Shown here one piece after another: positions 26,208-36,652 of a stretch of 64,000 bases of DNA. Position 1 is the stretch's first letter. The number at the start of each line of letters is the position of its first letter. The notes below the pieces were generated by a model, which was not told the origin of the DNA, ran no database searches, and was given only the letters and a program-made list of their open reading frames with translations. Source of the DNA: an uncultured Mycobacterium sp. (GTDB lineage Bacteria; Actinomycetota; Actinomycetes; Mycobacteriales; Mycobacteriaceae). Where the stretch lies: NCBI GenBank assembly GCA_964562545.1, contig CAZLTV010000001.1:7796-71795 (forward strand), given 5' to 3'. The position numbers and the translations under genes are program-made.

Positions 26208-27767
26208 ATGCGGACCCGCATGCTAGGGGGCGCGGCTGCTATTGCAGCCGTTTGCCTCATCGCCCCATCGCAGGCATCCGCCCAGCTCGGACCCTGTCCA
26301 TCCCCTATCATGCCGCCGCCTTGCATCATTGCAGATCCCGGCAAGATCGCGGGCACCGTTGCGGAGATTGCTGAGAAGAAGAAGCAGCTCGACGCTGCGA
26401 TCCAGCAAGTCAAAGAGTACACCGATCTAAACAATGCGCTTGGGAAGATCGGCACCCTCGCCCCTGAGCTTACTGCTGCAATTTCGCCTTCGCAGAATGG
26501 CGGCTTCGCTCCACTGAGTGAAGGGCCGCGTGTAACAGTGAGCGAAGCCAGCAACGCGTTTGATGCTTCTCTTCGTGGATTCGGCAACACCCAGCAGGGT
26601 GGTGCTGATGCTGCACGGGCCTCTCGCTTGCGCCTGCGAGCAACTGCCGGCGAAGGTTATGCCATGGCCCTCGCCACCAAGCAGAAGCTCACGCGCATGA
26701 ACGAAGAGGCAGACCGCCTCACCAGGCTCATGCAAGGTGTCGGCACCAACAGTGCCGATGTCCGCACCGCTTGGAGCATCAACCAGGGTGCCAAGCGGCT
26801 CGTATTCGATGCCATGATGGCCAATCGAGAAGTCCAAGCAGCGCGCATGCAACTTTCCGCGGTCATTGCCCTCCCGGCAAGCATCCACGGCGGAGCTAAA
26901 GGGCCGCGTCGCGAAGCCCCGCCGACAGAACCGGTTGTTGCCCCGGCCTATGCTGAAGACCTCGGGAGCCTCGCAAACGCTGCTGCGAAGTTGGCCGCCC
27001 TGCTCAATGCAAAGAACATCGTGACAGGCTTCACCGCAGGCATCGAAGGTGCCCGCCAAACCCAAGCCGAATACGGGCAGATGCAGATGGCCGCCCGGCA
27101 GGCTCAACGCAGCGTCGCGGACATCGCAGCCAAGGATGGACGCAAGAAGGGAGTTTCGGCTTCTCGCCTCATTGGCGCTGCAGATGGATACATGGCGCGC
27201 TACGATCGCACGACGTGGGACAACCCGAACAAGGGCAAATCAGCTGAGAACGCTGCCCGGGCTGCAGAGAAGGTTCTAGATCGGATGGTTTCCGGCGACG
27301 TCGATGACGGCTGGAGCAAACGTCTCGAGCGCCGTGCTGAAGCCTATAAGCAGGAAGCCTTCTTCCGGCCCATCGCCGCAGATGCTGCAAAGATGGAAGC
27401 GCAGACGCGGGAGGCCCTTGCCGATTACGAGACCTCGATCGGCGTCAACGCCTCCGACCCGGGCGCTCTTGCTTCAGCCATCGCCAAGGCTCAAGCCGAA
27501 GTAGACGCCCTCACGAACAAACTCGCAGACGCCCCTGCAGGTATCGTCAGAAAGCGGGACCAAATCCTTGCATCGAGCGGTCTAGACGCAGCGCGGTCAC
27601 TGCCCAACTTCGTTTATCCGCTTCCGGGCGACAAGGGGCTTCCGGGAACATCTGCTCCGAATGACCCGCGCACACCTGCCGGCCCTCGAAATCCGTCGAA
27701 TCCCCGACGTCCGAGTGATCCAAGAGATCCGTTCGACCCGCGCTCAGTCCCACGCGATCATTATTGA
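26208..27767 (+). CDS. extended VirB5-like secreted protein with Pro-rich tail
   Basis: Signal peptide; IIADPGKI and SADVRTAWSIN segments parallel the preceding VirB5; PxD/NPR repeats at the C-terminus. Confidence 0.55.
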   Translation: MRTRMLGGAAAIAAVCLIAPSQASAQLGPCPSPIMPPPCIIADPGKIAGTVAEIAEKKKQLDAAIQQVKEYTDLNNALGKIGTLAPELTAAISPSQNGGFAPLSEGPRVTVSEASNAFDASLRGFGNTQQGGADAARASRLRLRATAGEGYAMALATKQKLTRMNEEADRLTRLMQGVGTNSADVRTAWSINQGAKRLVFDAMMANREVQAARMQLSAVIALPASIHGGAKGPRREAPPTEPVVAPAYAEDLGSLANAAAKLAALLNAKNIVTGFTAGIEGARQTQAEYGQMQMAARQAQRSVADIAAKDGRKKGVSASRLIGAADGYMARYDRTTWDNPNKGKSAENAARAAEKVLDRMVSGDVDDGWSKRLERRAEAYKQEAFFRPIAADAAKMEAQTREALADYETSIGVNASDPGALASAIAKAQAEVDALTNKLADAPAGIVRKRDQILASSGLDAARSLPNFVYPLPGDKGLPGTSAPNDPRTPAGPRNPSNPRRPSDPRDPFDPRSVPRDHY

Positions 27768-27799
27768 AGGCTCATCGAGAACCCACTTTGAGGATAAAC

Positions 27800-27826
27800 A
27801 AAGGGCGGCCTGCGGGTCGCCCTTTT
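27800..27826 (+). terminator. intrinsic terminator
   Basis: AAAGGGCGGCC / GGTCGCCCTTTT. Confidence 0.7.
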
Positions 27827-28015
27827 CCGTTTAAGGAAAAATGAGGGACTTTGTTTCCTGTTGGAACAAAGGATGCAGGGAAAAGTTGTTGACGATTCCT
27901 GCCCGCCTAGTAAATATATCCAGACAAGTTCCAGGGGGCATCTGGATCAGGACCGAGCGCGCCAAGATCGTGGGCCAATCTGATTCATAAACCCCAAACA
28001 AGACGGAGTTTTTAT

Positions 28016-28219
28016 ATGCGTCCCGCTCTCGCGGCCCTTTCGCTCGCCCTACTCTCGGGTTGCGCCACGACCGGCAACTTCCAAGACAGTGCCGTTGGCG
28101 TTGGTGGTGGTCCCAACAAGCTCAAACGCACTCCTTGTGCGTGCCTGGAGAAGCGGCAGCCAGAAGGGCTGCCGAGCTTCCTGCAGGAAGCCTCTGCACC
28201 ACAGGAAGCTCTGGCGTAA
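28016..28219 (+). CDS. virB7: VirB7-like lipoprotein
   Basis: Lipobox LLSGC, 67 aa, directly before virB8 (TAATG overlap). Confidence 0.7.
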   Translation: MRPALAALSLALLSGCATTGNFQDSAVGVGGGPNKLKRTPCACLEKRQPEGLPSFLQEASAPQEALA

Positions 28220-28974
28220 TGGGCAAGGGCAAGGAACCTGCCGCAAAGACTTCGGCGTCCGAAGACTCGACCTCCGCAACAGCCGCCGCTGATGCGGCCG
28301 CCGACAAGGTTGGCGCATTTCCGCAGGACTACGACACCGATGCATTGCCCGAGCGGCGCATGGCCGCATTTGCTCGGATGATGTCAGTCATCGCGGTCGT
28401 AGAGGCTTTTTGCATCGCTGCACTGTGCTTCACCCTGATGGCGCTCATGCCGCTTCAGAAGGTCGTCCCGATGGTCGTCGCCAGTAATGACAAGGGCGAT
28501 GAGATCATCCGCCTCAACCCTTCGTCGCTCGAAAGCCCAACCGTCGATTACGTCTCCGAAATCGGCCTGCGCAATTACGTCATCAAGCGGTACTCGATTG
28601 TCGGCTCAGACGCCGAACAAGCGATCAACTGGGGTGGTGGCTCGGTCGTGGAGCTCATGACAACCCCTGAGGCTTATGCCTCCTTTATGACGGCTGCGCG
28701 CGCCGAGCACGAGAAGCTTCGCCAAGCAGGGATGATCCGCAAAGTTCGGATCGATTCGGTCCGAAAGATCGGCGAGAACACTTGGCAGGTCGAATTCGTG
28801 ACCACCGATATGGCTGAAGAGACCCCCTTCGCACCCGCATCGCAGGGTACTTCGCGCACCTGGATCAGCACCTTCGAAGTCGCTTTCGAGCCGAAGAATG
28901 TCGCCTATTCCGATCGCCTCAACAATCCCTTCGGCATGACCGTCAAGTCCGTCAACGACGCTCGCCGCGACTAA
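28219..28974 (+). CDS. virB8: VirB8
   Basis: Single TM, LMPLQKVVP, YVIKR, WQVEF, RLNNPFGMTV. Confidence 0.85.
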   Translation: MGKGKEPAAKTSASEDSTSATAAADAAADKVGAFPQDYDTDALPERRMAAFARMMSVIAVVEAFCIAALCFTLMALMPLQKVVPMVVASNDKGDEIIRLNPSSLESPTVDYVSEIGLRNYVIKRYSIVGSDAEQAINWGGGSVVELMTTPEAYASFMTAARAEHEKLRQAGMIRKVRIDSVRKIGENTWQVEFVTTDMAEETPFAPASQGTSRTWISTFEVAFEPKNVAYSDRLNNPFGMTVKSVNDARRD

Positions 28975-29000
28975 AACCACATATTGGTCAGGAAATCGAT

Positions 29001-30299
29001 ATGAAGCACACTATCAATATCGCCATCGCTGCTGTTTTCGCGGCGGCCATCACTCCCTCGGCCGCCGCGCAGTCGTCTCAGCAAAAGGCTCAGGCGGCCG
29101 GCGATTACGGAGCTCTCGACAAATCGTACCTTGAGCCTGTGGGGGCGATCCAGAAGGCATGGGATAACCCAGCGACCAGCATGGGTGTCAGCCAGGAGAC
29201 TCCGGGTTACTCTCGCTTCGAGTATCAGCCTGACCGGATCATCCCGCTGCGCTTGCGCGAGGCTATGAATACCACGATTCGCTTCCCGGCCGATGAGCTG
29301 ATCGAAGACGTTTACGTATCCGATCCGGTTTCCTTCGAGGCCATCATTCCCCGCTCGAATGTCGTGATGATCCGCGTCATCCGACCAGGCGCCGACGGAA
29401 ACGTCGTTGCGATGGGCAAATCCGGAAACCTCTACCAGTTCTACGTTCGAGGCGAAGGGGCCAACACAAAGACCATCACCGATATCTCGGTCGACATAAT
29501 GGTCACGCGACGCGCCCAAGCGATGCCCGCGTCGATGGGAGGGATGTCTCGGAGCGCATCAGCCTCGGATCTGAAGGTCGAGGCCGACTGGCTGCGCTCT
29601 ATCGGCTTTCGGCCTGAGAACATCATCCATGACCTCGGAATTTTCGTTCCGGAAGGTCACTCGGCCGGCATTCCGCCCGAGCGTGTATTTCGCGATGGTC
29701 AGTACACCTACATCGACTACGGTGCCAATGCCGATGCAATCAACGAGTGGCCTGTAGCCAGCTTGGTCGTCCAAGGCGTAGAATCGCCCGTGAACGTCCG
29801 GACTGCTGGTCCCAACGGCCGAATGCTCGTCGTCGAAGGCGTCGGCGACATCGTTTTGCGCAACGGCCTGAAGTTCGTCTGCATCAAGCAGCGCAAAGGA
29901 AGCAGCGTTCCCAACATCGCCACCTTCAACCAGGCGGTAACAACCCCCGCCGCCACTCAGCGTGTCGACAATGGCGTCGTTCAGAGCAACATGCCCCCCG
30001 CCCTCGCTTCGCCTTCCACTGGACGGAAATACGAAGTCGATCTCGGCTCTGGCTCGCGTGCAGAGATGGAGCGCGCCTACGTGACCCTCAAAGCTCAGAA
30101 TGCCAACCTGATCGGCAACGCTGAAGCTCGCTTTCCGGACGCGGCATCACTCCGCACAGGCGGCACTCTCGATGCCGATCCCAACCCCGGCGATGTCCGC
30201 CTTCGCGTCGGGCCATTCTTTGGGCTCGCCGAGGGAGTAAGGGTCTGCAAGGCCATGACCGCTGCAGGAAAATCCTGCGCCGTCATCTCTGCGAGCTAA
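29001..30299 (+). CDS. virB9: VirB9/TrbG with C-terminal SPOR-like domain
   Basis: TTIRFPADELI, PERVFRDGQYTYIDY, ESPVNVR; C-terminal RLRVGPF..C..C. Confidence 0.85.
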   Translation: MKHTINIAIAAVFAAAITPSAAAQSSQQKAQAAGDYGALDKSYLEPVGAIQKAWDNPATSMGVSQETPGYSRFEYQPDRIIPLRLREAMNTTIRFPADELIEDVYVSDPVSFEAIIPRSNVVMIRVIRPGADGNVVAMGKSGNLYQFYVRGEGANTKTITDISVDIMVTRRAQAMPASMGGMSRSASASDLKVEADWLRSIGFRPENIIHDLGIFVPEGHSAGIPPERVFRDGQYTYIDYGANADAINEWPVASLVVQGVESPVNVRTAGPNGRMLVVEGVGDIVLRNGLKFVCIKQRKGSSVPNIATFNQAVTTPAATQRVDNGVVQSNMPPALASPSTGRKYEVDLGSGSRAEMERAYVTLKAQNANLIGNAEARFPDAASLRTGGTLDADPNPGDVRLRVGPFFGLAEGVRVCKAMTAAGKSCAVISAS

Positions 30300-30368
30300 C
30301 CGGACCAAGCCGCCCTCCACGCCGCTAGACACTCCAACACGCGCACTCTCGCGTCCGAGGACATTTTC

Positions 30369-31955
30369 GTGAAACTCACTGACCAGCAGAAGAAGTATTT
30401 GACGATAGGCTCCGTCGGTCTCGGCGCCCTCGTCACCATAGGGGGCCTCGCATGGGTGATTTCCGCAACTGGCGATGACACCGGTTCAGATACGACATTC
30501 GAGAACAATACTCCGACCCTAACCGGCGCTGCCAATCATCCGGGAGACGTCTCGATATTCCCGCAGCAGATCTCGATGACTGCAGGGCCGGACGGCGTGG
30601 AAACCGGCACTGCCACGATCACGGCGATGTATCACGATTTCAACGCCACCAGTATCACGCTGCGTGGCGATCCTCGCCTCAAGTGGGAATCTGACTGCAT
30701 AGAAATAGGCCAGATCCTGCCGGCCAATGAAAGCTGTGAGATAACTCTCTCCTACGGGAAAACTTTCGCCGCAGCTCCTACTGACTCAATGGTCGTTCCC
30801 CAGCTTGTGGTCGTGGGGAACTCGCGCACTGCGGGCGGGGATGCAAAGCCTGTTGAAGCCTCCGCAACCATTGGCGGCGCAATGCCCAACGGGACCCCCG
30901 TCGATGGCGCCGGGGATATGCTCACATCTACCGGCTCGGACGTTGATCCCTACGGCCCAGCTCCCGCCGCTCCGCCTGTCGACTATTCTCAAGCTCCCGT
31001 ACGTGAAGTTCAGCCGAGTCTCTCGCCGCGCGAAAGATTTCTCCTGTCACGTCGACAAGCTGTGTTCGGAGGCGCAAGTCCCAGAATTGGAGATCGCCGC
31101 TCCGCTCGGCCCTCCGGTGGCTGGGATGAATTGAATATCCCAACTTCGACCTCGTCGATGCCCCAGAACATGACGCGTGTCGTCACAATGGACCGGGTCA
31201 TCACTGCTGCCCTCGTCCGCCCCTACGACAGCCGCTCTGCCCAGCAGGTCGTCGCCCAGGTCGATCGAAACGTCTACGGGGGCCACGGCCGCACTATCCT
31301 GATACCCCGTGGCTCGAAGCTCATCGGCGTTGCTCAGGGTGGAACAGAACGTGTCGCCATTTCATGGACGCAACTCATCCGCCCCGATGGCGCTCGTTTC
31401 ATCATTCAGGCCGAAAGCGGCGATGCCATGGGGCAAGCTGGAGTGCCCGGGAAGATCAATCAGCGACTCCTAAAGCGGTATGGCTCAATCCTGCTGGGAA
31501 CCACCCTGAACGCTGGTATTGCGAAGGTCTTCGATGCTGAAGAGACCGCTGGAACAGGCGACCTATCTCCGCCGGCGCGGAACAATGGCGCCATCATTAG
31601 CGACATCGTCCGCGCCGACCTTGAGAAAATCGCGAACGACATCGTTCAACGCAACTCGCGCGTTCAACCTATCGTCACTGTTCCTGCAGGCACCCGCATA
31701 ACCGTCATCCCGACCATGGATCTCGTCTTGCGACCCGCTTCGCGCAAACAAGTCCAGGCGCGCGCTTATCCGCGGCCTCAGAACGCGGGCGCTCAGGCTC
31801 CGGCCTATGCCGATCCAGCTTCGTCGGAGCAGGGCGGCGACAGTCCTTCGATAAACTTCGACGAATCTTCGGGGAATTACACCACCACTCCCGACGATCT
31901 GCCCTCGAGAGAAGCGCCGCCAACCTCCTCTACGCCTCCATGGGAGACGAATTGA
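30369..31955 (+). CDS. virB10: VirB10/TrbI
   Basis: VAQVDRNVYG, LIPRGSKLIG, DAMGQAGVPG, PIVTVPAGTRI. Confidence 0.9.
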   Translation: MKLTDQQKKYLTIGSVGLGALVTIGGLAWVISATGDDTGSDTTFENNTPTLTGAANHPGDVSIFPQQISMTAGPDGVETGTATITAMYHDFNATSITLRGDPRLKWESDCIEIGQILPANESCEITLSYGKTFAAAPTDSMVVPQLVVVGNSRTAGGDAKPVEASATIGGAMPNGTPVDGAGDMLTSTGSDVDPYGPAPAAPPVDYSQAPVREVQPSLSPRERFLLSRRQAVFGGASPRIGDRRSARPSGGWDELNIPTSTSSMPQNMTRVVTMDRVITAALVRPYDSRSAQQVVAQVDRNVYGGHGRTILIPRGSKLIGVAQGGTERVAISWTQLIRPDGARFIIQAESGDAMGQAGVPGKINQRLLKRYGSILLGTTLNAGIAKVFDAEETAGTGDLSPPARNNGAIISDIVRADLEKIANDIVQRNSRVQPIVTVPAGTRITVIPTMDLVLRPASRKQVQARAYPRPQNAGAQAPAYADPASSEQGGDSPSINFDESSGNYTTTPDDLPSREAPPTSSTPPWETN

Positions 31956-31957
31956 CA

Positions 31958-33001
31958 ATGGATATGAAGCTCCTCGAGCGGATGCTGGCTCCGCTCGCAG
32001 AATACTACGAGGCTGAGGACTACGAAGAGGTTGCTATCAACCAGCCTGGAGAGATCTGGTGTCGGCGGCACAAGGTCGACACCCAGGGCAGGATTTGGGT
32101 CCGAATCCCCGACGAGCGCTTCACCCTCAAATTTCTCACGCTCATCTGTCGAGCCGTCGCCAATACCTTTGATCAGAAATTCGATCCCAGTGACCCGACG
32201 CGGCCTTCGACGGTATTCGCTACCCTGCCACCCTATGAGCATCGTTTCGGCGCGATCGCGGGCATGAACATCGTCTACGATCAAACCATTCCGGAGGGCG
32301 GCATCGCCCTGTGTATCCGTAAGGGCGCTGGGGCCAAGCGCGTTCATGCCGTCGACTTCAAGGACTGGGGTCTCGAGGAAGGCAAGGGTGTCCAGAAGGG
32401 CCACGAACACATCGCCAAGCTCTCAGATCCGAACGAGGACGCCATCCGATGTCTGCGAGACGCAGTCCAGCAAGGCTGTAACATCCTGATTTCGGGCGGC
32501 ACCTCGACTGGTAAAACCACCCTCTTCAACCGGATCATCGAAGAAGTCGATGAGCGAACCCGCATAATCACGGTGGAGGATACGCGTGAAATCAAGCTGG
32601 GCGCCCACCCCAATCACGCCCACCTTATCCTCTCCAGAACCGACCGAAATTCCATCTTCACATATGACGATGCGATCGACGTCATCATGCGCTTCACCCC
32701 TGACATTGTCCTGGTCGGCGAAATCTCAACCACCAACGCAGGCACACTCTGGAGGCTCACCGGTACCGGGCATGGAGCAATGATGACGACCATCCACGCG
32801 TCGACGGTCGATCATTGCTACGACGTCCTTTTCGAACGAATCTCCGCGAACATACCGAACATGGATCGCGAAAAGACCATACAGAAGATCCGCGAGAACT
32901 TCTGCATCATCCAGATGAGCCGGGACATGAACGGGAATCGCGTCATTACTGACATCGCCGCCCCCATTCCTGCGCAAGTGCCGGCGAACAAGGCCGCTTA
33001 G
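31958..33001 (+). CDS. virB11: VirB11 ATPase
   Basis: NILISGGTSTGKTT, ITVEDTRE, MRFTPDIVLVGE, TGHG, TIHA. Confidence 0.9.
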   Translation: MDMKLLERMLAPLAEYYEAEDYEEVAINQPGEIWCRRHKVDTQGRIWVRIPDERFTLKFLTLICRAVANTFDQKFDPSDPTRPSTVFATLPPYEHRFGAIAGMNIVYDQTIPEGGIALCIRKGAGAKRVHAVDFKDWGLEEGKGVQKGHEHIAKLSDPNEDAIRCLRDAVQQGCNILISGGTSTGKTTLFNRIIEEVDERTRIITVEDTREIKLGAHPNHAHLILSRTDRNSIFTYDDAIDVIMRFTPDIVLVGEISTTNAGTLWRLTGTGHGAMMTTIHASTVDHCYDVLFERISANIPNMDREKTIQKIRENFCIIQMSRDMNGNRVITDIAAPIPAQVPANKAA

Positions 33002-33052
33002 TGCGGTCCGAGCCGATGCCGCCCACGCCTAAGAACCAACCCGAGAGCAGCC

Positions 33053-35146
33053 ATGTCAATTCAGTCTGAGACCTACAGCCCCGAACACATGCGCGCCGAA
33101 AAGGAGGCGTGGACGAAGTGGGTCATCGGTACAATCGGCCTCTGGGTCGTGACGTTCTGCCTTTTCATGGCCTTCTCGCCGCTGGTCTACTGGGCTGCAG
33201 AACACCCCTTTGACCAAACTGCATGGGGCGTAGTCTCGAATTACCTTTCACACATCGGCGAGCCGAACTTCGTCGCCAACGCGCACGATTCCTTATGGCG
33301 CATGCACTGGTCCGCTGGCCTGGCGACCTTCGGAATGAGCTTCCTCGCTTCGCTTTTCGTTGCGGCCATCTTCTACGCCCTGTGCCCCTACAAGTCATAT
33401 GAGATGACCCATGGTGATGTTCGCTGGGCCGTCGACAAAGACATCCGGAACATGGAAAACCGGCGGCAAATTGGAATCCGCGGCGGGTACGTCGGCATTC
33501 TCGGAAAGTGGAAAGACGGCAAGTACATCCGCTTGATCGAGCCGATCTCCGTCGCCTGCTCGGCGCCTCCAGGCACCGGTAAAACCGCAGCACTGGTCGT
33601 CCCCTCCATCGTTGAGTCGCCGAACGTCTCAATGATCGTGAACGATCCCAAGCCCGAGCTCGCGGAAATGACCTCGGGCTATCGCGCGGAAATCGGCAAC
33701 GTCTTCATCATCGACTGGTCCGCGACAGACAAGCCTCATCAAGGGCTCTTCTATCCCCGGTTCAACTTCCTCTCGAGCGACCTGGTTCCCCCTCCGAATA
33801 CCGCTGAACGGGATACCTATCTCGATGCCGTCGCCAAGGTCCTCATTCCCGACACCGGGAAAGGAGACAAATATTTCGTCGACAAGGGCCGTGATTGCCT
33901 GACCGGCTTTATGCACTACCTCGTCAGCCACGTGAACGACGCAGGAAGCGAGGAAGGCGTTCCGACTGAATGGAAGGGCATGGAGGCATCATTCCCCATG
34001 CTAGTCGACTGGATCGCAGATGCGCAGTTCCAAGCTGGCAAGAAGGCCGAGGAAGCGAATGCTCAAGCCGCGGCCAATAAGCAGCTGCCCAATGCCGATG
34101 GCATGAAGATGTTCTTGTCGGGGCTCGCCGACCAGATCAAAGCCAACAACTACTCGGAGCGCGCGTTCACCTCGCTCGCGCCGCTTATCGACATGGCAGA
34201 CAAGGAGCGCTCGGGTGTTCTCGGTACAATGGACCAGGCTCTGCTTCCCTTCAAAAACCGCGCCGTCAAAGAGCGCACGTCGGCCTGTGACTTCACGCCG
34301 GCCGATCTTAGGGGGATGCAGGATCCAGAAACAGGCGAATGGCTTCCTGTTACCCTCTACATCTGCGTCAACCAGGCTGAAGCACAAGCTTTCGCCAACA
34401 TCACGGCCCTCCTCTACGAGGTCCTCAGCCGTGAGTTCCTATCCTACGGGCCGAACGAAATCGACAAGCGCGGTCGCAAGATGGGGCCCATGACCATCTG
34501 CTTCATGATGGACGAGTTCGCGAAACTTCCCAAATCCGAAACGGTCCTCACCGGACCCGATCTCGGCCGTTCGAAGAAAGTCAGCTACTGGCTCATCTTC
34601 CAGGCCCGCTCCCAGATCATCAAAACGTACTCGAAGGAAGACGGCACCACGATCGATTCCACATGCGGCGTGACAGTGTTGCTCTCCCAGAACGATGCCG
34701 AAACCGCCTCTCACTATGTGAAGACTGTCGGCAAGACGACTATCCGCAAGGAAAGCCATTCGCGGCAAGTCGGCTTCTCGAAGGCGTCCAATCCTTTCTC
34801 CAAAAACCAGAGTATCGCCAGTGAAGGCGTGGACTTCCTTCGCATGGAAGACATCACTGCCATGAAGCCCGGCACGCACTTGATCCTTCCGCAGAACTTC
34901 CTCAACCGTCCAATGAAGGTCGATAGCCCCTTCTTTTTCGAAGACGACAACATGCTCGCGAAGGTTTTGAATGCCCGAACCGGGAAAGGGCCCCCTCCGG
35001 CAAAGCCACTGCCGGAGCACATTCGCCTTAAGCGACGCGAAGAGTGGATCGCAAAGCTTCGCAAACAGCAGGACATGGACGCTGCCAAGCAAGCCGAAGG
35101 CCTCAAGGAGGTCGCAGTTGCCGGCGTCCAAGAAGACGCCGCCTAA
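33053..35146 (+). CDS. virD4: VirD4/TraG type IV coupling protein
   Basis: N-terminal TMs, HGDVRWA, APPGTGKT, NDPKPE, MDEFAKLP. Confidence 0.9.
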   Translation: MSIQSETYSPEHMRAEKEAWTKWVIGTIGLWVVTFCLFMAFSPLVYWAAEHPFDQTAWGVVSNYLSHIGEPNFVANAHDSLWRMHWSAGLATFGMSFLASLFVAAIFYALCPYKSYEMTHGDVRWAVDKDIRNMENRRQIGIRGGYVGILGKWKDGKYIRLIEPISVACSAPPGTGKTAALVVPSIVESPNVSMIVNDPKPELAEMTSGYRAEIGNVFIIDWSATDKPHQGLFYPRFNFLSSDLVPPPNTAERDTYLDAVAKVLIPDTGKGDKYFVDKGRDCLTGFMHYLVSHVNDAGSEEGVPTEWKGMEASFPMLVDWIADAQFQAGKKAEEANAQAAANKQLPNADGMKMFLSGLADQIKANNYSERAFTSLAPLIDMADKERSGVLGTMDQALLPFKNRAVKERTSACDFTPADLRGMQDPETGEWLPVTLYICVNQAEAQAFANITALLYEVLSREFLSYGPNEIDKRGRKMGPMTICFMMDEFAKLPKSETVLTGPDLGRSKKVSYWLIFQARSQIIKTYSKEDGTTIDSTCGVTVLLSQNDAETASHYVKTVGKTTIRKESHSRQVGFSKASNPFSKNQSIASEGVDFLRMEDITAMKPGTHLILPQNFLNRPMKVDSPFFFEDDNMLAKVLNARTGKGPPPAKPLPEHIRLKRREEWIAKLRKQQDMDAAKQAEGLKEVAVAGVQEDAA

Positions 35147-35173
35147 ACCCTCATTCGCTTATCTTCGGTTCCT

Positions 35174-35312
35174 AGAGGGGGCGTCGCAAGGCGCCCCCTT
35201 TCATGTCCAGATCGACGCTTCGGGCAATGCTCAATAGCAAGCTCACTCTAGACCTCGAGCAGTCTGCTCCATTCACCGGCACAAAAAAGGGGGCGCCCAA
35301 AGGCGCCCCCTT
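35174..35312. terminator. pair of terminators between convergent genes
   Basis: GGGGGCG..CGCCCCCTTT for the + strand and A6-GGGGGCGCC..GGCGCCCCC for the - strand. Confidence 0.7.
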
Positions 35313-35336
35313 CCCGTCCCAGCAATGCTGGATTGA

Positions 35337-36473
35337 TTATCGACCGCGTCCGTTGTTCTGCTCGAACGCAGCGGCCATCATCGCGAAATCTGCATCCTGC
35401 GACTGGTCCTTGTCGATCTTTGCAGGACCCTTGCTGCGAGTCTGGCTCTGAGCCTTGTCGTTCGTCTGGCTCTGGCCCTTCTCCTGATCGCCTCGCTCTT
35501 GGCTCTGCTCGGCGCTCTTGTTCCGGATGCCACGACCTTCGAGCTCGGCATTGATCGCCCGGATGCCACGCGACAGCTGCATGTTCGCCGAAAAGTCGTC
35601 GCCCACGAGACCGACAGGTTTGCCGTCCTTTTCAGCGATCTTCTTCTGATCGGCAAACGACATCGCCTTGACCTGGTCGACCGAAATGCCAGCCGCATCC
35701 GCGCGCATGTTCGCTTCCTTGTCGCGAAGCTCAGTCATGATGTCGCGGCTCTTTCCGATGACAGCAAGCAGCTGCGGCGTCGTAGCCGAAGCCATCTGGT
35801 TCAGCTGCTTCTGGTGATTGTCGCGATCGTTCTTCGGATCACCCAGGCGGAAACCGCGGTCCTGGTACTGGGCCATGAACGCCTTCGACTCCCGCTTACG
35901 CGCTTCATCGCGAGCAATTTCGGTGTTCTCGTAGCTGTTCGTTTTCGGCGCGCCGCCGCGTTCTTCGTATTCCCGGATGAAGCGCTTTTCGGCTTCCTCA
36001 CCCATGTATGCCGAGAAGCGCTCCGGCTCCATCGTGCGCACACGGAAATGCGCCTTGTGGTTCTTCGTCTCCGCCTGATAGGCACTCGACGAGGCCGTTT
36101 CACGCAGAAGCTTGCGGAAATCCGCTTTCTGCGAATGGGCCGGGAACATCTGGTAGGTGTCCGGATCGTTTGCACGAACCTTCTTCGGTTCTTGCGTGGT
36201 GCCTTCGCGCTTTTTTGCTTCCGCGCGCAATGCATCCTTTGCAGCGAGCACCTGTTCACGGTCAGCCGCCCAGGCCTTCCGTGCGGCGTCACCACGATAT
36301 TCGCCGAGCTGCTCCTTCTTGGCCGCGACATCTTCCTTCGACATGCCTTCGGTCTTCATCCGGTAGGCCCCGCGGTCCCGATCGAACTCGATCGGCATAC
36401 CGGCCTTTGCCGCATCAGCCTTCAGCTTCTGATTGTCTTCCTGCTTCGAATACAGATATTCGGGTCGCGCCAT
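35337..36473 (-). CDS. hypothetical charged protein with relaxase-like C-terminal tail
   Basis: AGGAG RBS before ATG 36473; ends DADFAMMAAAFEQNNGRGR. Confidence 0.75.
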   Translation of the reverse strand: MARPEYLYSKQEDNQKLKADAAKAGMPIEFDRDRGAYRMKTEGMSKEDVAAKKEQLGEYRGDAARKAWAADREQVLAAKDALRAEAKKREGTTQEPKKVRANDPDTYQMFPAHSQKADFRKLLRETASSSAYQAETKNHKAHFRVRTMEPERFSAYMGEEAEKRFIREYEERGGAPKTNSYENTEIARDEARKRESKAFMAQYQDRGFRLGDPKNDRDNHQKQLNQMASATTPQLLAVIGKSRDIMTELRDKEANMRADAAGISVDQVKAMSFADQKKIAEKDGKPVGLVGDDFSANMQLSRGIRAINAELEGRGIRNKSAEQSQERGDQEKGQSQTNDKAQSQTRSKGPAKIDKDQSQDADFAMMAAAFEQNNGRGR

Positions 36474-36652
36474 TTTCTCATCTCCTACGGTCCGACTGAT
36501 CGAGGCCTTATGCCCCGCCAACTACCGCGTGCTATTATTGTGCACGGGTTCCTCACACATCCGCAAGGGGTGATCTCGATTTTTCGGAATTTCCTCCCGA
36601 ACGGAGGAAGAACGCTTTGCGAAACATCCAGAACCTCCCTACAAAGATCCTC

